A stretch of 63,331 nt of DNA, filler included, from Octopus bimaculoides (Eukaryota): NCBI RefSeq assembly GCF_001194135.2. It is 6 parts of 5 records of this genome, joined end to end, with 100 filler letters (N's around TTAATTAATTAA, not from the genome) between each part and the next. Parts side by side here need not be neighbours in the genome. Positions count along the whole stretch, not along the records: positions 37,236 to 50,245 come from NC_069007.1; positions 50,346 to 59,155 come from NC_068987.1; positions 59,256 to 63,331 come from NC_068991.1; 3 more parts are not named here. The stretch is one strand, 5' to 3'. Below, one piece after another: positions 49,981-63,331 of the stretch (positions are counted from its first letter, which is position 1; the number at the start of each line of letters is the position of its first letter). A model generated the notes under the pieces. The model worked only from the letters and a program-made list of their open reading frames with translations, was not told the origin of the DNA and searched no databases. The translations under genes and the position numbers were made by a program.

Positions 49981-52900
49981 TCTGAGTTTCAACCCTTAAC
50001 CCGTTACCTCCCATAATTCTATTAACTGGAATTTTTTTAATGAAACTTTGATTTCTAGCATAAAACAGCCTTAGAAACACGCTGGAATGATCAAAATAAC
50101 ATTTTAAATAGAAATAAGCGAGATATTGGGTGAAAAATGAGCAAACCTCTTTTGAATATCAGAGAAATATACTTAGTAGATATAGGAAAAAGGTTAGATA
50201 TGTGTAAATATTGACAGATAATTACGAAATTTGTAATTTTTAAGTNNNNNNNNNNNNNNNNNNNNNNNNNNNNNNNNNNNNNNNNNNNNTTAATTAATTA
50301 ANNNNNNNNNNNNNNNNNNNNNNNNNNNNNNNNNNNNNNNNNNNNTATATATATATATATATATATATGCACGCATGCATGTGTGCATGTGCCTGTAAAT
50401 CTCCGAATCTCTAATAGCATTTTTATTAATTTATTTTCCTTAGAAAATAAATAAATGCTTACAATATAAATTTAGTTTTCCATAGAAATATTTAAATGAA
50501 GCAAATAATGGCATATTAATTTCTATTATTTGTTTCATGTAATTATGTATAATTATATATAAAATACACAATTTCTTTTGTGGCAATTATACTTTGAAAT
50601 ATTAGCTTATGGAATAGTGAAGAAGATCTGTAGGAAATATAGAGAAATATTTCCAAAAACGGAAATATATCCAAATCAACAATTTTGGTATTGTCAGATT
50701 CTTATTTCCTATTATTTCTTTGATTCACGGTGATTATGCTACAGAAGATGATGTTGATGATGATGATGATGACGATGATGACGACGACGATGGGCATAGT
50801 GAAGATAATGTTGATTATAATGTTCCTGCTGTTGTTTAGTACATGTCAATACTCTTTAATTCCACCTATGATCAATATGAGTCCATACCGTGACCACTAC
50901 ACCTTCCTCTGTTTAAAATATAATGTATCTTAGTCTTTCATATACTAATGTATATAATTTTTTTCTTTTCGCTTAGTCGCATGGCGAGTCCTGTCTGATG
51001 TAACCTATGGTTAAAAGCATTCTAGCAATGACTCTTTTTGTCTCGTTTTCCACTGTAATATGTCATGTACCACTGTATTATACATCAAGTATGTCTATTC
51101 CTCTTTAAGATTCATATTTGTGAGAGAACTGGTTGTTATTTCTTGTATATTAAGCAGCTATGCAGGCACTCCCTCGTTTTCTAACATACAATTCTTATAG
51201 CTCTTGTTGTCTAGCCCAAGGGTAACATGGTTGTGTAGACCTATAATCAAACGCGTTCTTGGTGTGACCAACCCATTTTTAGTTCAATCTCAACGTATGC
51301 CCGTGTTGAACAGTAGCCTACAAAGTAGATACAGTGCATCATTCTTTCTAAGGGTGTATCTAAGGGCTATCAAGCTGCTATATCTAGCTTGCTGTCAGCA
51401 TATAAATTGTAAAGTGGTTAAAGTCAGAGCTTATAAAAGATCGGGAACATTTTACTCTCTTTTACTCTTTTACTTGTTTCAGTCATTTGACTGCGGCCNN
51501 NNNNNNNNNNNNNNNNNNNNNNNNNNNNNNNNNNNNNNNNNNNNNNNNNNNNNNNNNNNNNNNNNNNNNNNNNNNNNNNNNNNNNNNNNNNNNNNNNNAT
51601 ATATATATATATATATATATGCAACTATGTTTATAAATTTCAATTTACAAAATGTTTGACATTGTCATCTAATTTTCTCTGATGAAGGCAATAATAAACT
51701 TCGAAGTTACTGGCAGACATTTCTTCATAAGAATTGACAAATATATACTCTATACTGATATATACTTATCTGCCTCGGAATGTATATATGTGTGTATGTA
51801 TTTAAATATGTGCAGTTTATGATTATTCAGCGTATGTGATAGGTCTACACATGAAGATAAAGAGAATATGTTTAGGCTTACGCAAGATTTCATTTACTTT
51901 ACATAATGACGTATTCTTTTTCCCACTGGACCCTTTTTACTCTCTATGATTGATATATGTGTGTGTGTGCAAGTGCGTGTGTGTGTGCGTGCGTGTGCGT
52001 ATGTCTGTGTGCGGATGTCTGTGTGCGTGTGTGCGTACGTGTCTGAGTACGTGGGTGTTTGTCTGTTTGCATATAAGGGTGTGTGTATAACCAGTTACGC
52101 GTTACCACTCCGTATTCATTTAGCGATCGATCCGAATAACAAATATAATGAATCTACAAACATGAAAATATGTTCGGATTTTATAATACAAAAAGTTTGA
52201 TTAACTAGTATTTCCCATGTAATTCAAATCTAAGAATAAACGTCGATATAATTAACTCCTGCAATCTCAAAGAATTGAAATAATCTACAAACTGTTTTGA
52301 AGCTACATATATNNNNNNNNNNNNNNNNNNNNNNNNNNNNNNNNNNNNNNNNNNNNNNNNNNNNNNNNNNNNNNNNNNNNNNNNNNNNNNNNNNNNNNNN
52401 NNNNNNNNNNNNNNNNNNNNNNNNNNNNNNNNNNNNNNNNNNNNNNNNNNNNNNNNNNNNNNNNNNNNNNNNNNNNNNNNNNNNNNNNNNNNNNNNNNNN
52501 NNNNNNNNNNNNNNNNNNNNNNNNNNNNNNNNNNNNNNNNNNNNNNNNNNNNNNNNNNNNNNNNNNNNNNNNNNNNNNNNNNNNNNNNNNNNNNNNNNNN
52601 NNNNNNNNNNNNNNNNNNNNNNNNNNNNNNNNNNNNNNNNNNNNNNNNNNNNNNNNNNNNNNNNNNNNNNNNNNNNNNNNNNNNNNNNNNNNNNNNNNNN
52701 NNNNNNNNNNNNNNNNNNNNNNNNNNNNNNNNNNNNNNNNNNNNNNNNNNNNNNNNNNNNNNNNNNNNNNNNNNNNNNNNNNNNNNNNNNNNNNNNNNNN
52801 NNNNNNNNNNNNNNNNNNNNNNNNNNNNNNNNNNNNNNNNNNNNNNNNNNNNNNNNNNNNNNNNNNNNNNNNNNNNNNNNNNNNNNNNNNNNNNNNNNNN

Positions 52901-53264
52901 NNNNNNNNNNNNNNNNNNNNNNNNNNNNNNNNNNNNNNNNNNNNNNNNNNNNNNNNNNNNNNNNNNNNNNNNNNNNNNNNNNNNNNNNNNNNNNNNNNNN
53001 NNNNNNNNNNNNNNNNNNNNNNNNNNNNNNNNNNNNNNNNNNNNNNNNNNNNNNNNNNNNNNNNNNNNNNNNNNNNNNNNNNNNNNNNNNNNNNNNNNNN
53101 NNNNNNNNNNNNNNNNNNNNNNNNNNNNNNNNNNNNNNNNNNNNNNNNNNNNNNNNNNNNNNNNNNNNNNNNNNNNNNNNNNNNNNNNNNNNNNNNNNNT
53201 ATGCATATATATACATATACCTATACATATACATATATACATATATACGTATACATATACATGC

Positions 53265-53366
<102 letters not shown>

Positions 53367-53378
53367 ATGTGTGTGTAA

Positions 53379-53409
<31 letters not shown>

Positions 53410-54266
53410 GTATGTATGTACATGCACGTTTTTGACATATATTCACTTAAGTGTATATATTTATCTATATATATATATACAGATATATATACAGGCACAC
53501 GTATATGCTTATACATGTTTATATATAATTATACATTCATTTACATATAGATACACACACGTACACACACATTATATTTACATACATAAATACTTACATT
53601 TGTATACATTTGCCATTTGCACTAACTGTGCAATACTACCACAAACACTCTTAATATATGCACTTCAATAATATATTAAAATCCTACTTAGTGTATTGGA
53701 TACGTACGTATAATTTCATACATAATAGTTATTTATGATTCTTACTTAGACTTTGGTAATAGCTTACCACTTATAATACAGTCTTTCCATTCACATATTG
53801 ATTGTCTTTTATACGTTTTCAAAATTTATTACAAGCATGTCATTGTCTTCTAATTCATATTTGTGCTATGCTGCTTTTAGATCGTGGTATCACGGTGCTA
53901 ATATTGTGCTACTTATCGGAATAAAATTTATAGATATTCTCAGAGAAAGCCTGATCACTTAATTGTCTAATTGCCTTTGTCTTTTTTTCAAGCAGACAAA
54001 TACTTATATTTTCAAAACTTATATTTAATTATTTTTATGCTTGATTGTTCGTGTGTACGCGCCTGTGTACGATGCGTTTGAATGATGATGGTGGTGGTCG
54101 TCGTTGTGGTGGTAGTCGTCGTTGTAGTGGTGGTGGTGGTGGTGGTGGTGGTGGTGATGGTGGTAGTGGTCTGTATGTGTGTGTTTCGGGATGCAGACTC
54201 AAAATATTGACTTGATAGAGGACAATGTCCGGAAATCTCAGCCTTGTATTAGTCTGTAACTTGTGC

Positions 54267-54297
<31 letters not shown>

Positions 54298-55836
54298 CAA
54301 TATTATTATTATCATTATTGTTGTTGTTGTTATTATTATTATTATTATCATTATTGTTGTTGTTGTTATTATTATTATTATGATTATTATTATTATTATT
54401 GAAGGCGGCGAGCTGGCATAAGCGTTGGCACGCCGTGAGAAATGCTTAACTGTATTTCGCCCGTTTGTACGTTCTGAGTTCAAATTCCGCCAAGTGTTCC
54501 ACTCATCGTTTTGGGGCCGATAAATTAAGTACCAGTTGAGTACTGTGGTTGGTGTATTCAACCCCAAAGTTCAGGCCTTGTGTCTATAGTAGAAAACATT
54601 ATTATTCATCTTTTCAACTAAAGGCACAAGGCCTGAAGTTTAGGGGAGGGGACAAGTCGATTACATCAACCCAAGTGCTCAACTGGTACTTAATTTATCG
54701 ACCGCAAAAGGATGAAAGGCAAAGTCAACCCCGACTGAATTTGAACTCAGAACATAGAGACGGGCGAAATACCGATATGCATTTTGCCCGGCGTGCTAAC
54801 GCTTCTGCCATTTCGCCACCTTAAATAATAATAACAATAATAATAATAATAATAATTGTTTTGTCTTGGTATAAAAGATGAGCTACAGCAAATATTCTGT
54901 TTAATACTACAGGTTTGCTTGTCAGTTGTNNNNNNNNNNNNNNNNNNNNNNNNNNNNNNNNNNNNNNNNNNNNNNNNNNNNNNNNNNNNNNNNNNNNNNN
55001 NNNNNNNNNNNNNNNNNNNNNNNNNNNNNNNNNNNNNNNNNNNNNNNNNNNNNNNNNNNNNNNNNNNNNNNNNNNNNNNNNNNNNNNNNNNNNNNNNNNN
55101 NNNNNNNNNNNNNNNNNNNNNNNNNNNNNNNNNNNNNNNNNNNNNNNNNNNNNNNNNNNNNNNNNNNNNNNNNNNNNNNNNNNNNNNNNNNNNNNNNNNN
55201 NNNNNNNNNNNNNNNNNNNNNNNNNNNNNNNNNNNNNNNNNNNNNNNNNNNNNNNNNNNNNNNNNNNNNNNNNNNNNNNNNNNNNNNNNNNNNNNNNNNN
55301 NNNNNNNNNNNNNNNNNNNNNNNNNNNNNNNNNNNNNNNNNNNNNNNNNNNNNNNNNNNNNNNNNNNNNNNNNNNNNNNNNNNNNNNNNNNNNNNNNNNN
55401 NNNNNNNNNNNNNNNNNNNNNNNNNNNNNNNNNNNNNNNNNNNNNNNNNNNNNNNNNNNNNNNNNNNNNNNNNNNNNNNNNNNNNNNNNNNNNNNNNNNN
55501 NNNNNNNNNNNNNNNNNNNNNNNNNNNNNNNNNNNNNNNNNNNNNNNNNNNNNNNNNNNNNNNNNNNNNNNNNNNNNNNNNNNNNNNNNNNNNNNNNNNN
55601 NNNNNNNNNNNNNNNNNNNNNNNNNNNNNNNNNNNNNNNNNNNNNNNNNNNNNNNNNNNNNNNNNNNNNNNNNNNNNNNNNNNNNNNNNNNNNNNNNNNN
55701 NNNNNNNNNNNNNNNNNNNNNNNNNNNNNNNNNNNNNNNNNNNNNNNNNNNNNNNNNNNNNNNNNNNNNNNNNNNNNNNNNNNNNNNNNNNNNNNNNNNN
55801 NNNNNNNNNNNNNNNNNNNCACACACACACACACTC

Positions 55837-55874
<38 letters not shown>

Positions 55875-55880
55875 TGTATG

Positions 55881-55924
<44 letters not shown>

Positions 55925-56279
55925 ATTAACTACCAACAAAAATAATTGGTAAGCTAACAGAGATTTAAGGTATGCGTTTGAACAATTCTCAATCCCCACA
56001 TTTGATATTTGTATAAAAATAAAATCTTTTTATTATATTTAAAGATTTTATTAGGCTATCCAGAAACCATTTTACAGTCCCGAAACTTTAGAAAGCAAAA
56101 AATTCATTCACCTATTAATGACAACAAAATTTACTGAATGTGTGACACAGGTAAAGAAAAGTCTTATTTTCTCGATTCAAGGTTATCCAAAATCCAACCC
56201 TTCTGTATCTTATGTATTTCACAAACTTATTGTTCAGGTATATATTCTGAAATAGTGTTTGCCTGAGAATTATTGATTT

Positions 56280-57245
56280 TATAGTTTCAAGTATTGCTAT
56301 TGTTTAGATATTGTATTTTCTGAGAGAAAGGTACGCCATACAGCATTTCAGGATTTCTGAAAGAGTGTATGTGTTGATTGAATTCAACTTTGAATGCGTC
56401 AGTCAACACGATAAAATATTTTCAAACAAGATTACCCAAGGTATATTTTACGCAAGTCGGACTTTGAATACAGAATATCAGAATTCTACTTTTACGTTTC
56501 ATATTTGTGCTTGTGAAAACATTTCTTTCAGTCTTTCTGTTGATACAATAATCATTATGTACAATAACGATTGTCATCACATTTTCATACAGAGAATGAT
56601 ATTTTATTTTAGAGTTATTGCTTAAATCATACTTCACATTTTTTCAAGAATCATTACAAGATATTGAGTAACCTTTTGCTTCGAAATAGCGCCCGATTGA
56701 TAACGATATTCTTTTTATTCATTACTTTGTCTGATAATAGGCAAATTAGATGTGATATTATTAAAAATATTATTACATAGATTAAGTGTGAAATCAAAGG
56801 GTAATGTATCCCGTGATTGTTTTCCTCGTTCTTGCATCTCTTAAAGTTTAATATGTTTTTCAGTGTTTTTATAATATATATCCGTTGTAAAGTTGTTGAT
56901 TCTTTCACTCATATAAATGCGAAAAATGTCGATTTTGTATTCCACGCTCCTCTATGAATTTCAGTTTTGCGTAAATTGTTTAGAAGCAAGATTAAAACTA
57001 GGAACGTTTCTATGCATCTTGTTCAAATTAGAAAATAATCCTCAAGAAATCATTTCTATAAGTCCTCCCCGTATCTCGAAAAATCAGTAGCAGAATTTTC
57101 CTTTTTTTATACTTGTTTAAAGCATCCCATAACTGAATTAGCATATAGTAGAGCCAACATTGTGCCCATTGTTGTACCAGTAATTTCTTAATAAAATTTT
57201 ACATTGAAAAAGAGTTTTATATTCTCAAAAATATACCAGATAGCG
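56280..57245 (-). mobile_element. Penelope-like retroelement RT/endonuclease remnant
   Basis: FFNVKFY*EITGTTMGTMLALLYANSVMG (GxAMGxxxAPxYAN) and TDIYYK-like segments; many stops. Confidence 0.8.
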
Positions 57246-57291
<46 letters not shown>

Positions 57292-57336
57292 ACAATATAT
57301 ATATATGTGTATGTGATATATATATATATCAACAAC

Positions 57337-57373
<37 letters not shown>

Positions 57374-57696
57374 ACTATGTGTATAACATGGTAGATCTGC
57401 TTGCAGTCGATTCCCCCTATACATTCATTGCTATTATAGCAAAATCATGTAACATATATTTTTGAGGCATACGACGTCAAAATTAACTAAAAATATCGCA
57501 GGGGCGTATTTTAATATTTTCATATTCTAAACTCTAATTTTCAGGTCACATTCAGATATATACAGGTTTTCCAGAAGAAAGAAATGCACGTGTGAGAATA
57601 TTACAAAAAGGTGAAAATATAATTATGCTACAATTCGATAGTCTTGTATGATACCGTCATAATTTTACGAACTGTAAACTATACATTTACACATGA

Positions 57697-57752
<56 letters not shown>

Positions 57753-58557
57753 CATCTATCTATTTATATATCAGTCTAACTATCATCTGATAGATAGTTA
57801 GATACATACATATATATTCATAGATAGACAGATGGATAGAAAGATATGCATATACATGCAGACACACATGAAATCAAGTAAATGTATATGAAGACATGTC
57901 CATGATTTAGCGATTTTGGGGGCATATATATGCGTGTGTGTNNNNNNNNNNNNNNNNNNNNNNNNNNNNNNNNNNNNNNNNNNNNNNNNNNNNNNNNNNN
58001 NNNNNNNNNNNNNNNNNNNNNNNNNNNNNNNNNNNNNNNNNNNNNNNNNNNNNNNNNNNNNNNNNNNNNNNNNNNNNNNNNNNNNNNNNNNNNNNNNNNN
58101 NNNNNNNNNNNNNNNNNNNNNNNNNNNNNNNNNNNNNNNNNNNNNNNNNNNNNNNNNNNNNNNNNNNNNNNNNNNNNNNNNNNNNNNNNNNNNNNNNNNN
58201 NNNNNNNNNNNNNNNNNNNNNNNNNNNNNNNNNNNNNNNNNNNNNNNNNNNNNNNNNNNNNNNNNNNNNNNNNNNNNNNNNNNNNNNNNNNNNNNNNNNN
58301 NNNNNNNNNNNNNNNNNNNNNNNNNNNNNNNNNNNNNNNNNNNNNNNNNNNNNNNNNNNNNNNNNNNNNNNNNNNNNNNNNNNNNNNNNNNNNNNNNNNN
58401 NNNNNNNNNNNNNNNNNNNNNNNNNNNNNNNNNNNNNNNNNNNNNNNNNNNNNNNNNNNNNNNNNNNNNNNNNNNNNNNNNNNNNNNNNNNNNNNNNNNN
58501 NNNNNNNNNNNNNNNNNNNNNNNNNNNNNNNNNNNNNNNNNNNNNNNNNNNNNNNNN

Positions 58558-58762
58558 ATGTATATGTTTAGACATATACAAATATATATATGTATGTTCT
58601 TATAATATACATATATACATGTATATATTTAGACATATACAAATATATATATGTATGTTCTTATAAATATACATATATACAGATATATACGTGTGTGTGC
58701 GTGTATGTCTATATATTTATGTATGTGTATACAGATATGTATAAAAATATAGACGTATGCAG

Positions 58763-58795
<33 letters not shown>

Positions 58796-59074
58796 CATGT
58801 ATATGTACACATACATATATATTCATATCTCTACATAGATACATATACATGTATACACGCATATATATATATATATAACACGATTTCACATCAAAAATCT
58901 TGTAAAACAAATATATAAACGGAACAGATATATATGCATATACATATATATATACACATATGTACATATATATGTGCATATATATATGTATACATATATT
59001 TATGCATATAGATTATATTTTTCCATATACTTTATATATTTAAATATATATATACATATATATACATATATATA

Positions 59075-59155
<81 letters not shown>
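58558..59155. repeat. (TA)n-rich compound microsatellite block; similar blocks at ~53200-53600, 39780-39990, 28011-28140
   Basis: Direct reading; these blocks border assembly gaps. Confidence 0.95.
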
Positions 59156-60331
59156 NNNNNNNNNNNNNNNNNNNNNNNNNNNNNNNNNNNNNNNNNNNNT
59201 TAATTAATTAANNNNNNNNNNNNNNNNNNNNNNNNNNNNNNNNNNNNNNNNNNNNGTTTCAAACTTAAGTGTTAAAAAAACGCATAATTATGACAGGTGT
59301 AAGATAATTAATTTTAGTTTCATGAATTAATTAATTATGGAAACATTGAAATTTAAGAAAATATATTTTGTTTGCCGCTGGAAAATATCATTCAACAAAA
59401 CTTTCAAGATTGCAGGTGGCTAACAACCGCAAAACGGTTTCGACTTTCCATTGAGACTCGTGTTTAAAATTCCTGGTGTCGTTGGTTCTAAAAAGCTGAA
59501 TGTTTTGTCTCGACAAGAAATTGAATGGTTGTTGTTGCTGTCAGCGTCGTCATCAATGTGGTTGCTGTCGTCATCGTAGTCGTCGTCGTCGTTGTTGATG
59601 TTTACCCTCTGGTCAAATCGTGATCCAGCCGTCCTATGACTAAAGATATTTTCACCGTAAACATCTCACCTTTAAGCATGAATTCTTCCGTTTTTAAGGC
59701 AGTAGAACACGAGTTGAGAAATTATTGGTTGCTATTTCTAGCAGATTAAGAAATTCTTTTCTACTCTAGGCACAAGGCCCGAAATTTTGGCGAAGGGAGC
59801 CAGTAGATTAGATAGACCCCAGTACGCAACTGGTTCATAATTTATCGACTCCGAAACGATGAAAGGTAAAGTCGACCTCGGCGGAATTTGAACTCAGAAC
59901 GTAACGGCAGACGAAATACCTATTTCTTTACTGCCCACAAGGGGGACAAACAAGGACAGACAAACGGATTAAGTCGATTATATCGATCCCAGTGCGTAAC
60001 TGGTACTTAATTTATCGACCAGGAAAGGATGGAAGGCAAAGTCGACCTCAACGGAATTTGAACTCAGAACGTAACGGCAGACGAAATACCAAACATTTCG
60101 CCCGGCATGCTAACGTNNNNNNNNNNNNNNNNNNNNNNNNNNNNNNNNNNNNNNNNNNNNNNNNNNNNNNNNNNNNNNNNNNNNNNNNNNNNNNNNNNNN
60201 NNNNNNNNNNNNNNNNNNNNNNNNNNNNNNNNNNNNNNNNNNNNNNNNNNNNNNNNNNNNNNNNNNNNNNNNNNNNNNNNNNNNNNNNNNNNNGTGTGAA
60301 GGTGTGTACGTGTATATGTGAGTGTGGGAAG

Positions 60332-60396
<65 letters not shown>

Positions 60397-62223
60397 TATG
60401 CGTGCCTTCGTGTCTGTGTTTGTCGCTGCCCATCACCGTTTGATAACCTACGTTGTTTTGCATACGTTTCCGCAATTAGCACGGTTCAGTAAAAGAGACA
60501 GATAGAATAAATACCAGACTTGAAACCCGTCAAGTCGGTGCTCTAGCATGGCTGCAGTCGAATGATTGAAATAGGTAAAAAATAAAAAGTAAAATATAAG
60601 GTATGAAAATGCTATGAAACAAATGATCAGGTCTTTAATTCCCAGTTTATAGTGCCAAGTAGCAATCGATCAAATAGATTGATTTAAATGGTTCAATATT
60701 TACCAGTTCAGAATACATTCACAGATAGACATCTTGAGCAAGTAGGTTGCAATATTCAGTTAAAAAATATACAAACATTATCAGCAGACCAACTGAGAAC
60801 GGATTACAAATAGTAAAGCATTTATTTAGCAATGTCAATTGACAATGCAACGTGGTAGGAAATATACCTGATAAGTAGATTCAACCGAATTCTCAAGACA
60901 TTATAAATTAAATTATATAAGAGACAGCAAAGATTATCTCTTTAACATTAATAGCAATTTCTTCTCATCTTCAGAATATTGATTAGAAGAGAATGCTGGG
61001 AAGTTATCAAAGGTGAAATAAAAATCAGCTTGATACTAAGATAAAAACAAATGTGACGATTCTAAAAGAGAAAGTTGTTATGATATTGGAAACGTCAAAG
61101 AGAAGATTCCACCTGTCATACAAATATTTACTCTGCCGGAACTGTATTTCTCTGTCATCTCAATAAATTGAACGTTTGAAGGATAACATAGATGTAACAC
61201 TTACAGGAGAAAATAAGGCATGCCTAAACTTACGTTCGTAATTGGTTCCAAGAATGCGACTTAACTCGGAAAACGACGTAACACGAATAGACATTTAAAA
61301 AGAAAAATTCTTACCCCATTTTGGGGTTTTAATAAATGGCTTGCAGATATTTTCACACGTATTTCATTTGATTTTCTAGGTATGTTCTTAAAAAAGATTT
61401 TATGCTTTTAAATATGTTCGCTGAGATCGGCGACGAAGTTGAATAAATTGACTGAATGAAGATGGGGTTTATTTTTCCTATTAATTCCTTTCAGAAAAAA
61501 GAAAGCATTTTGTTGAAAAAGACGTAACTCGAAACGACGTAGGTTGAGGTATACCTGTATATTGATATCAAATTTTGGGATAAGACCAGCAATTTCCGTG
61601 AGTGCTCAACTGGAACTTATTTCATCGACCCCGAAAGAATGAAGGGCAAAGCCAACCTCGGTGGAATTTGAACTCAGAACGTAAAGACGGACAAAATGCC
61701 GCTAAGCATTTAGCGCCGCGTGCTAACTCTTCTGCCAGCTCGCCGCCTTATGCATGTTTATTAAAAAGTGAATCTGGCGTTTGATGGAATGTCTAACATA
61801 CACTCATAGCTAAGATTGGACCACTCCACTGAAAGCTAAAGAAATATGATTAGCAGGCAGAATCCTTAGCATGCCGGACAAAATGCTTAGCGGCATTTTG
61901 TCCGTCCTTACTTTCTGAGTTCAAATTAGGTCAAGATTGACTGTCTTTTACTCTCTCGGGATCGATAAATTAAGTATCAGTCAAGCACTGGCGGTCGATG
62001 TCATCGCCTAGCCCTTCCCCCATAATTTCAAGACTTGTGCCTACAGCAACTAAAATTATCATAAGTTCAAATTTTGCCGATGTGGACTTTGCCATCACGT
62101 TCTTTTGGGGTCGGTAAAATAAGTAACAGCTGAGCATTGGGATTCAATGTACTCTACTAAATTCCTCCCCCGAAATTGCTGGCCTTGTGCCAATATTTGA
62201 AATTATTGAAACCATTATTATGA

Positions 62224-62254
<31 letters not shown>

Positions 62255-62289
62255 TATTATTATTATCATCATTATTATTATTATTATTA

Positions 62290-62322
<33 letters not shown>

Positions 62323-63013
62323 GTAGTAGTAGTAGTATTATTATTATTAAGGTGGCGAGCTGGCAGAATCGTTAGAACGCTGGGCAAAATCCTTGGCGGC
62401 CTTTCGCCCGTCTTTACGTCCTGAATTCAAATTCAATTCACTTCTAAAGCCTCTCTCGGTATGGGATTATAGTAGAGGACACTGAGTTATGATATCGTGT
62501 GGTGAGACCGAACCCAAAACGGTGTAGTTGCAAAGCAGGGATTTTTAACCACACAACTTATAAGTGTCAACACAAATTCTAAAACGTTTAGTCTAAAAAC
62601 TTAATTTTTAAAAGTACATGGCGCTCATAGAAAGTAAATAAACAGTACCATTCACTTCTATAAAGTATCACAAACCATTACTTTATAGCCCAGTCTGGCA
62701 ACACTCTTTAGGTCAATGGCTTCCTACCGTTGGTTCTTTCTCTTCATCTTCTTCCTTGTTGTTCAGTAGTGTTAGATATTAGTCACGTACGATCTTATCT
62801 TGCTAATGTCTTAGGATGAAATCTTGTCATAAAATGTCGTGGTTTATATTTAGCTTGTTCTTTTATTTCCCGCAGTAGTCTTCTTATATCACATATTAAT
62901 TCCCCTCATTATTCTATCGCGCTTCAGTCTTCTTCATGCTTATTCGTCTCATAATTGTTGGCTCCTTAGATGAGAAGTAGTAAAACCATTGTTCGTTCGT
63001 CTGCTTTCATTTA

Positions 63014-63049
<36 letters not shown>

Positions 63050-63331
63050 CAATCAACACTACTAAGTAACAAGAAGAAAACAAAAATACTGTACAAATAC
63101 AGCATTACAGAAAAAGACTTACCTGAGGCAAAAGAAAAACTAAAGCAAGACATCCTTGCCAAAGCACAGAGGATCCGCCGGTATGAGAAACGCCAACGTT
63201 TCTTTGAACAAAACAAACAGTTCAAATCCAACCCCAAAAAACTCTACCAAGAACTGGGTAAAAATAAAATAGACATTACTTCAGCACCAACAGCAGAAGA
63301 ACTAGAGAAATTCTGGAAACAAATATGGTCG
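63050..63331 (+). mobile_element. R4/Dong-clade LINE, pre-RT region (continues beyond window)
   Basis: EKLKQDILAKAQRIRRYEKRQRFFEQNKQFKSNPKKLYQELGKNKIDITSAPTAEELEKFWKQIW, open to the window end; preceded by (AAT)n. Confidence 0.8.

Noticed and set aside
51670-51720. CTGATGAAGG...CTTCGAAG hammerhead-like string
   Set aside because: GAAA core broken, no cleavage triplet or stem I complement.
60600-61330. Unique-looking region with several GTAAG-like donors on the minus strand
   Set aside because: No open frame with a recognisable product or paired acceptor was found.

Overview
Eukaryotic draft-genome scaffold window: AT-rich, full of (CA)n/(TA)n/(TATG)n/(AAT)n microsatellites, with many N gaps. 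The SINE/LINE repertoire suggests a coleoid cephalopod, probably Octopus; this is an inference, no database search was run. Three spliced protein-coding units were reconstructed by hand, all on the minus strand. (1) The 5' part of an SLC22/MFS organic-ion transporter: exons 8142-8540, 5467-5570, 3167-3321, 1171-1342 and 1-234, running off the window. (2) The 3' end of an SLC22 transporter: exons 22216-22324 and 21525-21732, possibly 22649-22697. Its 5' exons were not found, and one splice donor is tandemly duplicated. (3) A complete 7-coding-exon, 406-aa classical short-chain dehydrogenase/reductase (48103 to 40611). It belongs to the retinol-dehydrogenase/protochlorophyllide-reductase-like group, has POR-like motifs, Thr at the usual catalytic-Ser position and a ~95-aa E/K/P-rich tail. 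The rest is a transposon graveyard: R4/Dong, RTE, Tx1, CR1-like and Penelope retroelements; mariner, Tc1, piggyBac and hAT remnants and MITEs; and at least three SINE families. Most ORFs in the supplied track are microsatellite or N-gap artefacts. No CRISPR array, rRNA or bona fide tRNA gene was seen, and I found no clearly new multi-gene system; the best leads are the POR-like SDR and the SLC22 anomalies.
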